The position numbers were made by a program, and so were the translations under genes. From Myxococcota bacterium (GTDB lineage Bacteria; Myxococcota_A; Polyangia; Nannocystales; Nannocystaceae), in contig JBCCHT010000003.1 of the NCBI GenBank assembly GCA_039028615.1, positions 96,001-160,000 on the forward strand: DNA of 64,000 nt, given 5' to 3'. Positions 8,861 through 19,746 of this stretch are shown here, piece by piece (positions within the stretch are counted from its first letter, which is position 1; each line of letters begins with the position of its first letter). The notes under the pieces are model-generated. The model was not told the origin of the DNA, ran no database searches, and saw only the letters and a list, made by a program, of their open reading frames with translations.

Positions 8861-11071
8861 ATGGGCCTGGTAGCGATCCGTGCGAACAAGACCGCCAACA
8901 TCAACGGCGAGGATATCGAGGTCCAGGCGGGGGAGACCCTGCTCGACGCGGCGCTGCGGCAGGGCGTGGACTTTCCCAACAGCTGCCGCGTGGGGGGCTG
9001 CGCGAGCTGCAAGTGCCGCGTGACTTCGGGGCAGGTTCGCGAGCTGACCGAGACGGCCTACCTGCTCAGCGCGGAGGAGATCGCCGACGGCACGGTGCTC
9101 GCCTGCCAGAGCGTGCCCAAGACCGACGTCACCATCGAGGTCGACAACGCGGTCGAGGGCACGCGAGGAGTGGTGGTGGGGCAGACCAAGCTGACGCACG
9201 ACATCACGCGGCTCGAGGTGCTCACCGAGCACGCCCATGGCTACCGCGCGGGTCAGTTCGCTCAGGTCACCCTCGACGGCCTCGAGCACGCGAGCCGCAG
9301 CTACTCGTTTGCGTGCCCGCCTCGTCGCGATGGCCACGTCGAGTTCTTCATCCGCCACGTGCCCGGCGGGACCTTCTCGAGCGCGGTGCAGGAGACCGAC
9401 CTCGTCGGGCGGGGCGTGAACCTACGGCCCGCCGATGGGCAGTTCTACCTGCGTGACGGAGAGGGACCTCTGCTGTTCGTGGCGGGGGGCAGCGGGCTGG
9501 CCCCCGTGCTCGCCATCCTCGAAGAGGCGGCCGCCCGCGGGGTCGAGCGCCCCGTGGTGCTGCTGTTCGGGGCGCGGGAGCAGCGTGACCTCTACGCGCT
9601 CGACCGCATCCACCGGGTGGCGGATCGATGGCGCGGGTCGTTCACCTTCGTGCCCGTGCTCTCGCAGGTGCCGGAGGGCGACGGATGGGACGGCGCCCGG
9701 GGCATGGTCACCGACTTGATCCCCGCGCTGGCCGACGCGAACACCCAGGCCTACCTCTGCGGGCCCCCGGCCATGGTCGATGCCGGGGTCGAGCGGCTGA
9801 GCGAGCTGGGCGTGGGGCCGCGCTCGATCTTCTTCGACCGCTTCACCACGCGGGCGGATGCCACGGCGTCGGCGGGGGCGGCCACGGTGGCGAAGGCCGA
9901 GACCGATCGCCAGGCCGGGTTCCTCGACTACGCCAAGTTCTTCGGCTTCCACGCGGTGGGCCTGGCCGTGGCCGCGTCGTTCATCGCGGGAGGGTTGAAC
10001 ATCGTCGCCGGCCTCATCGGGGTCATCGCCGCCTATGTGCTCGGTGACCTGTTGCTGGGCGACGACGCCGAGCTGCCGGCCTACGGTCGCCCCGCCATCC
10101 TCACCGTGCAGCTGTGGCTCGCGCTGCCCCTGCTGCTGTTCATCAGCTTCGTGTCGGTGTGGACGGTGTGCCCCACCGACGTGCTCGGGTTCGGGGAGCT
10201 CGTGACCCGGCTGACGGGTTACGACGTGCTGGCGGCCCGGGCCGCGACCAGCTTCGGTCAGCACTTCGCCGGGTTCATCGCCACCGGCCTGATGATCGGC
10301 ATGGTGGGCACCATTCCCGCCCATGAGCTGACCCACCGCACCTGGGACCGCATCTCGATGTTCATTGGTCGGGGCCTGCTCGCCTTCAGCTTCGACACCA
10401 TCTTCGCCATCGAGCACGTCTACGGTCACCACCGCTACGTGTGCACCACCGAGGACCCGGCCACGGCACCCCGCGGGCGCAACGTGTATTGGCACATCCT
10501 CGTGTCCACCCTCGAGGGCAACATCAGCGCCTGGAAGATCGAGCGCGATCGCCTGGCCAAGCGCGGCCACCACGTGCTGTCCACGCGCAACGCGTTCCTC
10601 CGCGGCCACCTGGTGAGCGTGGGCTTGGTGGGGCTGGCCGGGCTCATGGGCGGCTGGACGGCAGCGGGCTACTTCCTGGTCTGTGCGCTGTGGGGCAAGG
10701 CCACCCTCGAGATCGTCAACTACATGGAGCACTACGGCCTGGTGCGGGACCCGGCCACTCCGGTGCAGCCGCGGCACTCGTGGAACACCAACCGCCGGAT
10801 GAGCTCGTGGACCATGTTCAACCTCACCCGGCACTCGCACCATCACGCGCAGGGCGAGGTGCCCTACCACGAGCTGCAGGCCTACCCTGACGCGCCGATG
10901 ATGGTCAGCGGTTATCTGTCGACCATGCTGCTCACCTTGATCCCGCCCCTGTGGTACGCGCTCATGGACCGCAAGCTGGCCGACTGGGATCGAAACTTCG
11001 CGACCGACCACGAGCGGATCCTGGCGCGCCAGGCCGACGAGCGGGCGTTCTCCGAGCCCGTGCATTCCTGA
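8861..11071 (+). CDS. alkB: 2Fe-2S ferredoxin / FAD-NAD(P)H reductase / alkane 1-monooxygenase (AlkB) fusion
   Basis: CRVGGCASC...C ferredoxin; RSYS, GGSGLAP, YLCGP reductase motifs; AlkB His boxes HELTH, EHVYGHH, NYMEHYG, LTRHSHHH. Confidence 0.92.
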   Translation: MGLVAIRANKTANINGEDIEVQAGETLLDAALRQGVDFPNSCRVGGCASCKCRVTSGQVRELTETAYLLSAEEIADGTVLACQSVPKTDVTIEVDNAVEGTRGVVVGQTKLTHDITRLEVLTEHAHGYRAGQFAQVTLDGLEHASRSYSFACPPRRDGHVEFFIRHVPGGTFSSAVQETDLVGRGVNLRPADGQFYLRDGEGPLLFVAGGSGLAPVLAILEEAAARGVERPVVLLFGAREQRDLYALDRIHRVADRWRGSFTFVPVLSQVPEGDGWDGARGMVTDLIPALADANTQAYLCGPPAMVDAGVERLSELGVGPRSIFFDRFTTRADATASAGAATVAKAETDRQAGFLDYAKFFGFHAVGLAVAASFIAGGLNIVAGLIGVIAAYVLGDLLLGDDAELPAYGRPAILTVQLWLALPLLLFISFVSVWTVCPTDVLGFGELVTRLTGYDVLAARAATSFGQHFAGFIATGLMIGMVGTIPAHELTHRTWDRISMFIGRGLLAFSFDTIFAIEHVYGHHRYVCTTEDPATAPRGRNVYWHILVSTLEGNISAWKIERDRLAKRGHHVLSTRNAFLRGHLVSVGLVGLAGLMGGWTAAGYFLVCALWGKATLEIVNYMEHYGLVRDPATPVQPRHSWNTNRRMSSWTMFNLTRHSHHHAQGEVPYHELQAYPDAPMMVSGYLSTMLLTLIPPLWYALMDRKLADWDRNFATDHERILARQADERAFSEPVHS

Positions 11072-11095
11072 GCGCTCCGGGGGGGAAGCGACCGG

Positions 11096-11131
11096 CGAAG
11101 GCCGCGGCGAGGAGACCGCGGCCTTCGTTCG
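11096..11131 (+). terminator. Stem-loop after alkB fusion
   Basis: 12-bp stem cgaaggccgcgg/ccgcggccttcg, 8-nt loop, weak T tail. Confidence 0.6.
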
Positions 11132-11258
11132 TCGGCCTGGACCCTGGAGCGAGCGCTCGGGGCGCGACCCGAAAACACGGCCAGAAACCCTCCTGGCGTG
11201 CCGCGTGGTGCCGAATCCCATTTGTTGCGAACAATGGGAGGCCAGGGTGGATACTCCG

Positions 11259-12323
11259 ATGATCGTGAACGCCTCGCTGCGAGACCGAACTTCCCGAATC
11301 GCTCCTTCCCGTGCCCTCGTGGGCGGGCTGTTGCTCTGCCTCGGGGGTGCTTGCACCTCGCCCGAAGAGGGCGGCGACGACATCGGTGGCGGCGACATCA
11401 CCGAGCGCGCTCGCGTCATCGAGTTCGGCTACTGCCCGCCGCACCTGTGCGGGCTCAACAGCGACTTGGCCGGAGCCGTCTCGTTTCACACCAAGGGCGA
11501 CGTCGCCAACGCGGGCATGCGCTTCGTCTCGGCGCACGCCCCCAGCGGAGAGCAGTATCCGCTGCGGGTGATTCGGGACGGGCTCGAGCTCGATCCTCCC
11601 GAGGGCGAAGGCGAGATCATCGACGGCACCGACCTCATCGGCAGCTGGTTCGTGTTCCAGCACGAGGACGACGGCCTCCAGACCATCGTGTACCTCGACG
11701 ACGTCATCCCGGGCGCGCTGCAGACCTACAACAACCCGGGCGTGGCCTATACGTCCTATCGCTTCAGCTATCGCGACGAGGACGAGGCCGAAGACGTCCG
11801 GCATCCGCTGTGCGGCGAGTTCCCCTGGGACGAGGACTACGAGATCGGCGAGATCGTCAGCACCGACGCGCTGGTGATCCAAAGCGAGTCCTACGACTGG
11901 CACGGTCGCGCGGTCGAGGAGCCCGGTGATTCGTTTCAGTGGGCGACGCTGGGGTGCATCGGGGGGGCCTACGCCAAGAAGGTGCTGATGGGCTACGACC
12001 CGCACCATCCCGCGCCCGGCGACACCAGCCTCCAAGAAAACGAGACCATGCTGCGCATGCTCACCGCGCGCTACTGCGACGGTGAGAACCACACCGAGCC
12101 GGGCACGCCGATCCGCTGGGAGAACGACCGCGGCTGGTCGTCACTGCACGAGGATGACGGCGTCACGATCGAGGCGATCTGGAACGAAGAGGGGGTCGTC
12201 TGCCTCGACGAGCCTCGCTACGCCGATCGGGCGGACGTGGAGGCGGAGTGCGGCGCCATCCCGCGCTGCGACGGCTTCGATCCGGCCCAGTATCACCTGG
12301 TGTCGTATCGCGTGACCGAGTAG
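11259..12323 (+). CDS. ADYC-domain exported protein (myxobacterial)
   Basis: Lipobox-like GGAC; GCIGGAYAK...MGY and RMLTARYCDGENHTEPGTPI...EAIW...VVCL match my recollection of the ADYC family. Confidence 0.7.
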   Translation: MIVNASLRDRTSRIAPSRALVGGLLLCLGGACTSPEEGGDDIGGGDITERARVIEFGYCPPHLCGLNSDLAGAVSFHTKGDVANAGMRFVSAHAPSGEQYPLRVIRDGLELDPPEGEGEIIDGTDLIGSWFVFQHEDDGLQTIVYLDDVIPGALQTYNNPGVAYTSYRFSYRDEDEAEDVRHPLCGEFPWDEDYEIGEIVSTDALVIQSESYDWHGRAVEEPGDSFQWATLGCIGGAYAKKVLMGYDPHHPAPGDTSLQENETMLRMLTARYCDGENHTEPGTPIRWENDRGWSSLHEDDGVTIEAIWNEEGVVCLDEPRYADRADVEAECGAIPRCDGFDPAQYHLVSYRVTE

Positions 12324-14951
12324 CTACTCGGTCGGCTCCGCCCCGAGGGTCGTGAGCAGGCGATCGATGTCGGCGTCGTGGCCCAGGGCGGCGACGTTGC
12401 GGAGGTGGTCCGCCGCCCGTTGCCGTGCGGTGCGGGCCGCCTCTTCGTTGCCGCGGTCGTCTTCGATCATCGCCACGCCGAGCTGGGCGCGAGCTAGGTG
12501 ACGCTCGACCCACAGCGGTGCCTGCTCACCCGCGGCCGCGATCACGGCCTCGAAACGCGCTCGGGCGGCGTCGCGCTTGCCCCCGATTCGCTGGATGTGG
12601 CCGCGGGCGACCTCGAGCATCGCGGTGTCCGGGGGCGGGGTCTGTTCGGCGACCGCGACCAGCCGCTCGAACGCCTCCACCGCGGTGTCTTGGTCCTGCA
12701 GCTCCAGCGACACCAGACCGAGCGAGTACAGGCACTCAAGTCGCATCGTCGGCTCTTCGGACTGCATGCGGTCGTAGGCTTCGCAGATGGCAGCGCGGGT
12801 CTGCTGGGCTTCGCGGGGGTCGGCGATGGCGTGGCTGTCGACGTAGCGGGCGCCCAGGGTCATGGAGTGGGAGGGGCCCAGGGCGGCCTCCAGCTCCTGC
12901 ACTGCGCGGTGGGTGAAGCGACGTCGGGCGTCGGCCTGCGGCTCGAGCAGCGCGAGGTTGACGAGGATGTTGGTCAGCTCCACCTCGCTCAGCTCGGCGT
13001 CTTCCTTCACGGCGAGCGCTCGCTCGAAGCGCTCGCGGGCGCCCTTGCGATCACCCGTGGCCAGGTGAGCCGTGCCCGCGTTGTTGAGCAGCAGGGCCCG
13101 GCCGAAGGCCGCGTGCGGGAACCGGCGGGTCATGGCTTCGGCGAAGGGCACATGGCCGAGGGCCTGGGCCTCGGGGTCGCGGCCCATGGCGGAGGCGTGG
13201 ATGTGCCGGGCGAGTGCTTCGAGGGCCACGGTGTCCAGGCCGATCTCGAAGGCGGACAGCGAGGCGTGATGCAGGGGCTCGGTGGAGCCGGCGAAGTCCT
13301 TGGTCTGCAGCAAGATCCGCCCCTGCGCTAGCTCGGCCTCGGCCAGGGTCGGCGCGTGACCGAGGGCGCGGGCTTCGGCGACGACCGTCTCCACGTCGGC
13401 CAGCGCTTCGGCGTAGCGCCCGGCGTGCTCGCGTGCCTGCACGGCGATGAGCCGCTCGCGGAGCTGTCGGACCTGGGCGGCGATTTCGGGCGGGGGCGGG
13501 GCCCGCTCGGCCTCGAGCCAGCGCGGCTCGTCGCAGCGCGCCAGCGAGGGCAGCCCCTCCGTCACGTTGACCACGCGGGGGAGGGTCTTGGCTGTCGTCT
13601 CGCCGAGCACGCCCACCGCCTCACCGAGCGCCAGCCGTCGCTCGTCGAAGCAGGTCATGCGGCGGTCGTACTGGGTGTCGGAGTACTCGCCGCGAAGGTG
13701 TCCCAGGCAGGCATCGCGACGCATGCTCACCCATTGGTCGCCGTAGTCGTCGAGAGCGGCGTCGACCAGCGGCTGGGCCTCGCGAGCATAGGGGCGCTCG
13801 GTTCGGAGCAACGCCTCGGAAATGGCTTGGCGGCGGGGCTCGTCCCAGACCTCGGCCAGCGCGGCCTCGTTGCCTGTGCACGGCTCGATGGTCTCGACCG
13901 GCGGCGTCGGGGCGAGGCCCCATGCGCTCAGGCCCACGCCGAGCCCCAGGGCCACGGCGCCCGGGATGGCGAAGCGTCGCCACGGGGAGATCAAGCAGCG
14001 CCCGAGCGCTTCGGCCACGTGCTCCATCGAGGGAAAGCGGCGCTTCGGATCCGTCTGCAGGCCGCGCTCGATGATGGCGATCAGGCGCTTGGGTACATCG
14101 GTCTCGGGGAGCGCCCGGCGATCGCCCTGAGCAATGGCGTGCAGCAGCGCGAACACGGTCGCCCCGGCGAAAGGGCGCTGCTGGAACAGCGCCTCGTACA
14201 AGGCCACGAAGAACGAGAACTGGTCCGAGTGCGCGTCGCCCAGCGCCCCGCGGACGACCTCGGGCGCCATGTAGGCCGGCGTGCCGCTGAGGCCGGAGCG
14301 AGCGCTGCGGTCTTGTTCCTCTTCCGATTCCCCGAGCGTGGCGGAGTTGGTCAGGGTGCGGCGCAGGGTCTGGTCGATGCGCGCGATCCCGAAGTCGCTG
14401 ACCTTGACCTCGTTGGACTCGCTGAGCAGCACGTTGTCGGGCTTGAAGTCGCGATGCACGATGCCCTCGCGGTGGGCGGCATGCAGCCCCCGCGCGGCGG
14501 CCTCGTACGCACGCACCACCTCGGGCCAGGGGCGCGGCTGCTGGTGCCAGTCGCGGAGCGTGCCCCCGAGGATCCGCTCCATCGCGATATAGACCTGGTC
14601 GCCTTGCTCGCCGAGCTCGAACACGGTGACCACGTTGGGGTGCACCAGCCGGGCCATGACCCGCGCTTCGATCATCAGCAGCTCGCGGTGGGCCGAGCGC
14701 TGGTGGGGGCGCAGCACCTTGAGCGCGACCTCGCGATCGAGATCGGGGTCTCGCGCGACGAAGACCTCGCCCATGGCGCCCTTGCCGAGCAGCCCGAGGA
14801 TCTCGTAGCGACCGATCGTTCGCTTCGTGGGCGCGGACGTGCCCTTGCCGAAGAGCTTGGCCATGACCGACTCCTCGACCTCGCGCTGACGCTCGGGGGA
14901 GACCGGGCCGTCGGCGAGACCGTCGAGCGTGGCGACTTCGTCCTCAGTCAC
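12324..14951 (-). CDS. Membrane Ser/Thr protein kinase with Cys-containing extracytoplasmic region and TPRs
   Basis: [32 protein letters not shown] segment; TPR-like helices. Confidence 0.92.
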   Translation of the reverse strand: MTEDEVATLDGLADGPVSPERQREVEESVMAKLFGKGTSAPTKRTIGRYEILGLLGKGAMGEVFVARDPDLDREVALKVLRPHQRSAHRELLMIEARVMARLVHPNVVTVFELGEQGDQVYIAMERILGGTLRDWHQQPRPWPEVVRAYEAAARGLHAAHREGIVHRDFKPDNVLLSESNEVKVSDFGIARIDQTLRRTLTNSATLGESEEEQDRSARSGLSGTPAYMAPEVVRGALGDAHSDQFSFFVALYEALFQQRPFAGATVFALLHAIAQGDRRALPETDVPKRLIAIIERGLQTDPKRRFPSMEHVAEALGRCLISPWRRFAIPGAVALGLGVGLSAWGLAPTPPVETIEPCTGNEAALAEVWDEPRRQAISEALLRTERPYAREAQPLVDAALDDYGDQWVSMRRDACLGHLRGEYSDTQYDRRMTCFDERRLALGEAVGVLGETTAKTLPRVVNVTEGLPSLARCDEPRWLEAERAPPPPEIAAQVRQLRERLIAVQAREHAGRYAEALADVETVVAEARALGHAPTLAEAELAQGRILLQTKDFAGSTEPLHHASLSAFEIGLDTVALEALARHIHASAMGRDPEAQALGHVPFAEAMTRRFPHAAFGRALLLNNAGTAHLATGDRKGARERFERALAVKEDAELSEVELTNILVNLALLEPQADARRRFTHRAVQELEAALGPSHSMTLGARYVDSHAIADPREAQQTRAAICEAYDRMQSEEPTMRLECLYSLGLVSLELQDQDTAVEAFERLVAVAEQTPPPDTAMLEVARGHIQRIGGKRDAARARFEAVIAAAGEQAPLWVERHLARAQLGVAMIEDDRGNEEAARTARQRAADHLRNVAALGHDADIDRLLTTLGAEPTE

Positions 14952-15586
14952 TGCTGTCCGTCGAGCTCCTGCCGTACCTTCACGGCCCAGGTCTGGAGCC
15001 CCATCACGGTGGACTGGGCTTGCTCGGGGCTCTCGGCGAGCTCCTCGACGATCTGCGCCAGCCGGGCCTTGCCTCGCCGGATGCGGGTGTAGACCGTGAA
15101 CTTGGAGATCCCGAGCAACTCGCCGATCTCCGCGCCCTCGAGGCCCTCGAGGAAGGCGAGCTCGAGGACGATCTGCTGGTCGAGCGACAGTCGCCGCAGA
15201 CCTCGGACGAGCAGCACGGTTTCTTGCTGCCGCGAGACCATCGAGGTCATCGATTGCGAGGTCGAGTCTTCACCCACGAACACGTCGCTGAAGTCGTCGA
15301 GCTCGCGCTTGCGCTTGACCGACTTGCGGTAGTGACGACGCAGCTGGTTCATGGCCGCCGCGAACACGTAGGAGCGGAAGGCGCCCGCGTCGTCGACCCG
15401 GTCTCTGCCCTGCGTGCAGGCGAGCATCGTGTCGGAGACGAGGTCGGCCACGTCGTCGGAGTTGCGTACCTTGTTGTGGAAGAACCGGGTGAGCAGGCCG
15501 ACGTAGCGCCGGACGAGCTCGGCCCCCGAGCGCTCGTCGCCACCCCGCCAGGCGTCGAGCAGCTCCCAGTCCTCGGCCTTGCTCAT
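14948..15586 (-). CDS. ECF sigma-70 factor, translationally coupled to the kinase
   Basis: sigma2 (ELLDAWRGGD...DLVSDTML...FRSYVF) and sigma4 (EIGELLGISKFTVYTRIRRGK); ATGA overlap with the kinase start. Confidence 0.9.
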   Translation of the reverse strand: MSKAEDWELLDAWRGGDERSGAELVRRYVGLLTRFFHNKVRNSDDVADLVSDTMLACTQGRDRVDDAGAFRSYVFAAAMNQLRRHYRKSVKRKRELDDFSDVFVGEDSTSQSMTSMVSRQQETVLLVRGLRRLSLDQQIVLELAFLEGLEGAEIGELLGISKFTVYTRIRRGKARLAQIVEELAESPEQAQSTVMGLQTWAVKVRQELDGQQ

Positions 15587-15657
15587 CGCGGCGAGGCTAA
15601 CGTGGACCCGCGGCCGTGCGCCATAGGGAGGAGGCCGACATTCGGCGTGGGCGGCAC

Positions 15658-18600
15658 TCAGGGGTGCTCTTGGAGCCACTGCTCGAGTTGCTCGACTTGG
15701 CCCGGCTGCACGAAGTCGGCGGTGCCCAGCAGCTTCAGGGCATCACGTACGAGGGCCTTGGCGCGCTCGCGGTCGGTGTCGGTGGCCCACAGCGCCCGCG
15801 CCAGCGCGAAATCGATTTCAGCCTGGTTGGTGGGCATCTGCTCGCTGCGACTGGCCATCTCCTTGGCCCGCTGCATCCACGGCAGAGCGGTTTGCGCCTG
15901 GTCGCTCGCCAGGTACGCCTCGCCGACGAGCATCATCAGGGCGCCGCGACCGTCTTCGGGCAGCAGCGCTCCGTCGTTGATGGTGTCGACCAGGGGCGCG
16001 GCCTCGCGAAGGATGAGGTCGTGGCGCCCCACGTAGTGGGCTTCCATCGCCACCCCCAGCACCGACCAGGCGACGCTGGAGTGGGCATCGGGAAGGGTGA
16101 CACGGCGGATCTTCAGGCCGCGCTCATGCAACGCCAGGGCGCGCTCGTGGTCGCCCAGCTCCCCCACGGGCAGGGCCAGGGTGTAGACCGCGTCGGCGAT
16201 GCGGGCGTGGTCCTTTCCCAGGCTGCGCTCGTACACCCCGAGCGCCTCTTCGTAGTTGTCGATCGCTGCCTTCATGTCCCCCATGGTGGCGAGGGTCTGG
16301 CCCCGGTTGATGAGCGCGTTGCCGATGTCGGGGTGATCGGTGGGCAAGGTCTTGCGGCGAATCGCCAGGGCCCGGTCGCTGATCTTCAGGCCTTCGTCGA
16401 GGCGACCGGTGACGCGACTGACGAGCACGAGGTTGTCCAGCGGTGCGCCGAGCTTGCCGTCGAGCCCGGCGGTGTCGAAGATCTCGACCGAGCGCTCGAG
16501 GTGCTCGCGGGCGCGCTCGTACTCTCCGATGTTGAGCAGCGCCGCCGCGAGGTCGTTGTGGGCCGAGCCGGTCTCGGGGTGATCGAGCCCGTAGGATTCC
16601 TTGTAGCGGGTCAGCACCAGCTCGAGGTTCTCGGTCGCGCGCACGGGCTCGCCGAGGCGGTCGTGGACCACGGCCATCGTCTTGAGCGTGTCGCTGGTGC
16701 GGGAGCTGTCGTCGCCGAGCACCCGCCGAAACACCTCGAGGGCGGAGCTCATGCGCTCGAGCGCCTCTTTGTAGTTGCCGGCCCCGAACTCGAGGGTGCC
16801 GAGGTTGAGCTCGATGCGCGCGTGCTGGACCTCGTCGAGCGCGGCCGCATTGGCGAGGATCTCCGCGTGCCGGGCCCATCGCCGCCCCTGGGTGTGTTGG
16901 GCGAGATCATGGCCGACCAGCTCGACCAAGACCCGCGCCGCGTACGAAGCCAGCGCGTCGGCACCGGCCGCCCGCGCGACGAAGAAGCCCTCCTCCAGCT
17001 GGGCCGCGGCGTCGTCGTAGCGACCGATCGCATATAGCGTGCGGCCTTGCCTCACCAGGGCGGAGGCCAGCAGGTGCTTGTGCTCCAGCGCGCGGGCTTC
17101 GGGGAGGTTGTCCTCGAGGAGCGCGAGGGCGTCCTTGAAGTGGCCGGAGGCGCGGAGGTTCGATGCTTGCTCGAGCCGGGCCCGGATCTGAGCCACACGC
17201 TCGGCGAGCTCCGGGTCGTCGGGCAAGGGCATGCGGTGCCGCAGCTGCGCCGGGTCGGCACAGGGCGTGACGCGAAACCGGGCGGTGACGGCTTGGATGG
17301 CCCGGTTGAGCACGGCCGCGTCCGCCTCGGCCAACAGCCGTAGCTCGCCGCGCAGCATGGTCAGGGTGGTGTCGAAGCACTCGTCCTGTCGGGCGTGCAG
17401 CGAGGGGGGCACCGAGTTCGGCTCGGCGCAGCTTTCGTAGCGCAGGTCCTTCCACTGCTGCGCGCGCTCGTCCAGGCGCGGCTCCAGGTGGGCCCATGTC
17501 GACGGGGCGTAGCTCAAGCCGGTCTCGAGCATGCCTTCTCGGGTCTGCTGGCGGACCTCGTCGTTCCAGACCTCGTCGATGGCGGCGGCCGAGCGACGGC
17601 ACTCGGCTAGGCGCTGTCGTTCCACCACCAGGTTGGAGCCGTACACCGCCCCGATGCCCGCGAGGCCGAGTCCCACCGCGACGATGCGGCGTCGGGTTCG
17701 GGTGGGATCGCGGCTCAGGGCGTCGTCGAGGTCGGCGAGCGAAGGCCAGCGATCGGCCGGCTTGGGCGCGAGCCCTCGTACCACGATCTCACGCAGCCAT
17801 CGCGGCACGCGGGAGCCGGCCGGGACCGACTGGAACTCGCCCCGAGTGACGGCGGCGACGAGTGCGGGCAGCGAATCGGCAGGGAAGGGGCGCTGCCCGT
17901 ACAGCGCCTCGTAGAGCGTCACGCAGAAGGCGAACTGATCGCTGCGAGAATCGGTGGGCCGACCCGCGTGCTGCTCGGGCGCCATATAGGCGGGCGTACC
18001 CATCACCGCGCCCGTGCGGGTGAGGTTGGCCAGGAACTCGGACGAGGTCAGCGAGCTGGTGCTCACCTGCGAGCTGATCTCGGGGTCGATGCCCGTCTGG
18101 CTCCCCGTGGGCGTGGCCAGGCCGAAGTCCATCACCAGGATGCGCCGCGGCGGGCCGCCGCCCTCGCTCGGCTCGATCATGAGGTTGTCGGGCTTGAAGT
18201 CCCGATGGACCATGTCCTTGACGTGGGCGGCATGCAGCCCGCGCCCCGCCTCGCGCATCACCGCCACGATCTCGCGCCAGCTTCGGTTCTCGCTTCGCAG
18301 CCACTGCTGAAACGTGACCCCGTCGATGAACTCCATCGCCACGAAGACCTGGCCCTCGTGCTCGCCCACGTCGTGCACGGTGATCACGTTGGGGTGCTGC
18401 AGGCGCGCGAGGGCCTGGGCCTCGCGCATCAGCCGACCGCGCCCCTTGCTGGTGTCGATGGAGCCGATCAGCGCGGGTCGGAGCAGCTTGATCGCCACAC
18501 GCCGCTCGAGCTCTGGATCGTAGGCTGCATACACGACCCCCATGCCGCCCGAGCCCAGCACGTCGAGCACCACGTAGCGACCCAAGGAGTCACCCTTGAG

Positions 18601-18687
18601 CAGGCGAACGGGCTCCGACGACGAAGAATTACGACCGGTGGCATCGGTCTCCCCCAGCAGGGTGTCTCCGAACTCGGTCTCCTCCAC
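15658..18687 (-). CDS. Membrane Ser/Thr protein kinase with TPR repeats
   Basis: [32 protein letters not shown]; multiple (G)xDHP-type TPRs. Confidence 0.92.
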   Translation of the reverse strand: MEETEFGDTLLGETDATGRNSSSSEPVRLLKGDSLGRYVVLDVLGSGGMGVVYAAYDPELERRVAIKLLRPALIGSIDTSKGRGRLMREAQALARLQHPNVITVHDVGEHEGQVFVAMEFIDGVTFQQWLRSENRSWREIVAVMREAGRGLHAAHVKDMVHRDFKPDNLMIEPSEGGGPPRRILVMDFGLATPTGSQTGIDPEISSQVSTSSLTSSEFLANLTRTGAVMGTPAYMAPEQHAGRPTDSRSDQFAFCVTLYEALYGQRPFPADSLPALVAAVTRGEFQSVPAGSRVPRWLREIVVRGLAPKPADRWPSLADLDDALSRDPTRTRRRIVAVGLGLAGIGAVYGSNLVVERQRLAECRRSAAAIDEVWNDEVRQQTREGMLETGLSYAPSTWAHLEPRLDERAQQWKDLRYESCAEPNSVPPSLHARQDECFDTTLTMLRGELRLLAEADAAVLNRAIQAVTARFRVTPCADPAQLRHRMPLPDDPELAERVAQIRARLEQASNLRASGHFKDALALLEDNLPEARALEHKHLLASALVRQGRTLYAIGRYDDAAAQLEEGFFVARAAGADALASYAARVLVELVGHDLAQHTQGRRWARHAEILANAAALDEVQHARIELNLGTLEFGAGNYKEALERMSSALEVFRRVLGDDSSRTSDTLKTMAVVHDRLGEPVRATENLELVLTRYKESYGLDHPETGSAHNDLAAALLNIGEYERAREHLERSVEIFDTAGLDGKLGAPLDNLVLVSRVTGRLDEGLKISDRALAIRRKTLPTDHPDIGNALINRGQTLATMGDMKAAIDNYEEALGVYERSLGKDHARIADAVYTLALPVGELGDHERALALHERGLKIRRVTLPDAHSSVAWSVLGVAMEAHYVGRHDLILREAAPLVDTINDGALLPEDGRGALMMLVGEAYLASDQAQTALPWMQRAKEMASRSEQMPTNQAEIDFALARALWATDTDRERAKALVRDALKLLGTADFVQPGQVEQLEQWLQEHP

Positions 18688-18858
18688 GCAGACCCAAGGG
18701 TACCGCTGCGGCGAGGTGTGGGCGACCCACGGCGACGGCGAACGACGTGCCGGTCGGGATCGGTGTTTCGTCGGCCTCGGAGCGTAGGCATGGGCACCCG
18801 TTGTTCATGCTGCGTACGGTCGCGGGGGCCGGCCAATCCGGGTAGGGTCGTCTTCGCC

Positions 18859-19734
18859 GTGCCCGCCCGCCACCGCATCCTCGTTGCCTTGGTCTTGGGG
18901 TTGGGGACGGCCGCACCCGGCTGCAACAACCGCCTGTTCCTTCACCCTAGTCACGATCCCGTCGCCACTGCGGCCGAGCGGGTCGAGATCGGGACGATGC
19001 ACCGCCGACTCGAGGGGCGTCCGCTCGAGGCCTTCTACCGCGAGTACGGGACGCAGGGGCGCCCGCCCGGCGTCTTCGTCCTCGCGTTCACGGGCAACGC
19101 GGGGCGAGCGGAGCGACTCGTCGATGCGGTCCCCCGGGTGCTGTCGCCCTGGAACGAGCAGGGGATGGCGGTGCTCGCCGTCAACTACCCCGGCTTCGGC
19201 TCGATGCCCGAGCCGGGGCCGGCCAACCTGCGGCGTCTCGGCGTGGCGGCCGAAGAGGCCTATGCCTACGCCGTCGAGCGGGCCGCAGGCGCGCCCATCG
19301 TGATCTACGGCATCAGCATGGGCACGACCGCGGCGTTGCACATCGCGGCGTCCCACCCCGAGCAGCCGCCGGCCGGGCTGGTCCTCGATCGCGGCCCCAA
19401 CATCCCGCGCATCGTGATGGGGCGCTTCGGCTGGTGGAACCTGTGGCTCGCGGCGGGACCGGTGACGCTGAGCCTGCCGCGCTCGGTCTGGAGCCGCGGC
19501 AACGCCCGGCGCATCGATGACGTGCCCGCCGTGTTCGTGCTCGGGACCACGGACACGCTGGTCACCCCGCGCAACGGGGGCTCGGTCATCGCCAAATACG
19601 ACGCGCCGCATCGGGTGGTGCAGCTCGACATCGGCCACAACACCTCGGTCACCGCCGACGAACACCCCGGGCTCGTCGAGGGACTGACGTGGTTGTGGAC
19701 GCAGGTCGACGCGGGGCCGCCCGGCGCTCGCTGA
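18859..19734 (+). CDS. Alpha/beta hydrolase lipoprotein
   Basis: 3' part of ORF 17968..19734; signal ending APGC; NYPGFG, nucleophile elbow GISMG, D (GTTD) and H (GHN). Confidence 0.8.
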   Translation: MPARHRILVALVLGLGTAAPGCNNRLFLHPSHDPVATAAERVEIGTMHRRLEGRPLEAFYREYGTQGRPPGVFVLAFTGNAGRAERLVDAVPRVLSPWNEQGMAVLAVNYPGFGSMPEPGPANLRRLGVAAEEAYAYAVERAAGAPIVIYGISMGTTAALHIAASHPEQPPAGLVLDRGPNIPRIVMGRFGWWNLWLAAGPVTLSLPRSVWSRGNARRIDDVPAVFVLGTTDTLVTPRNGGSVIAKYDAPHRVVQLDIGHNTSVTADEHPGLVEGLTWLWTQVDAGPPGAR

Positions 19735-19746
19735 GCATCGCGGCGA

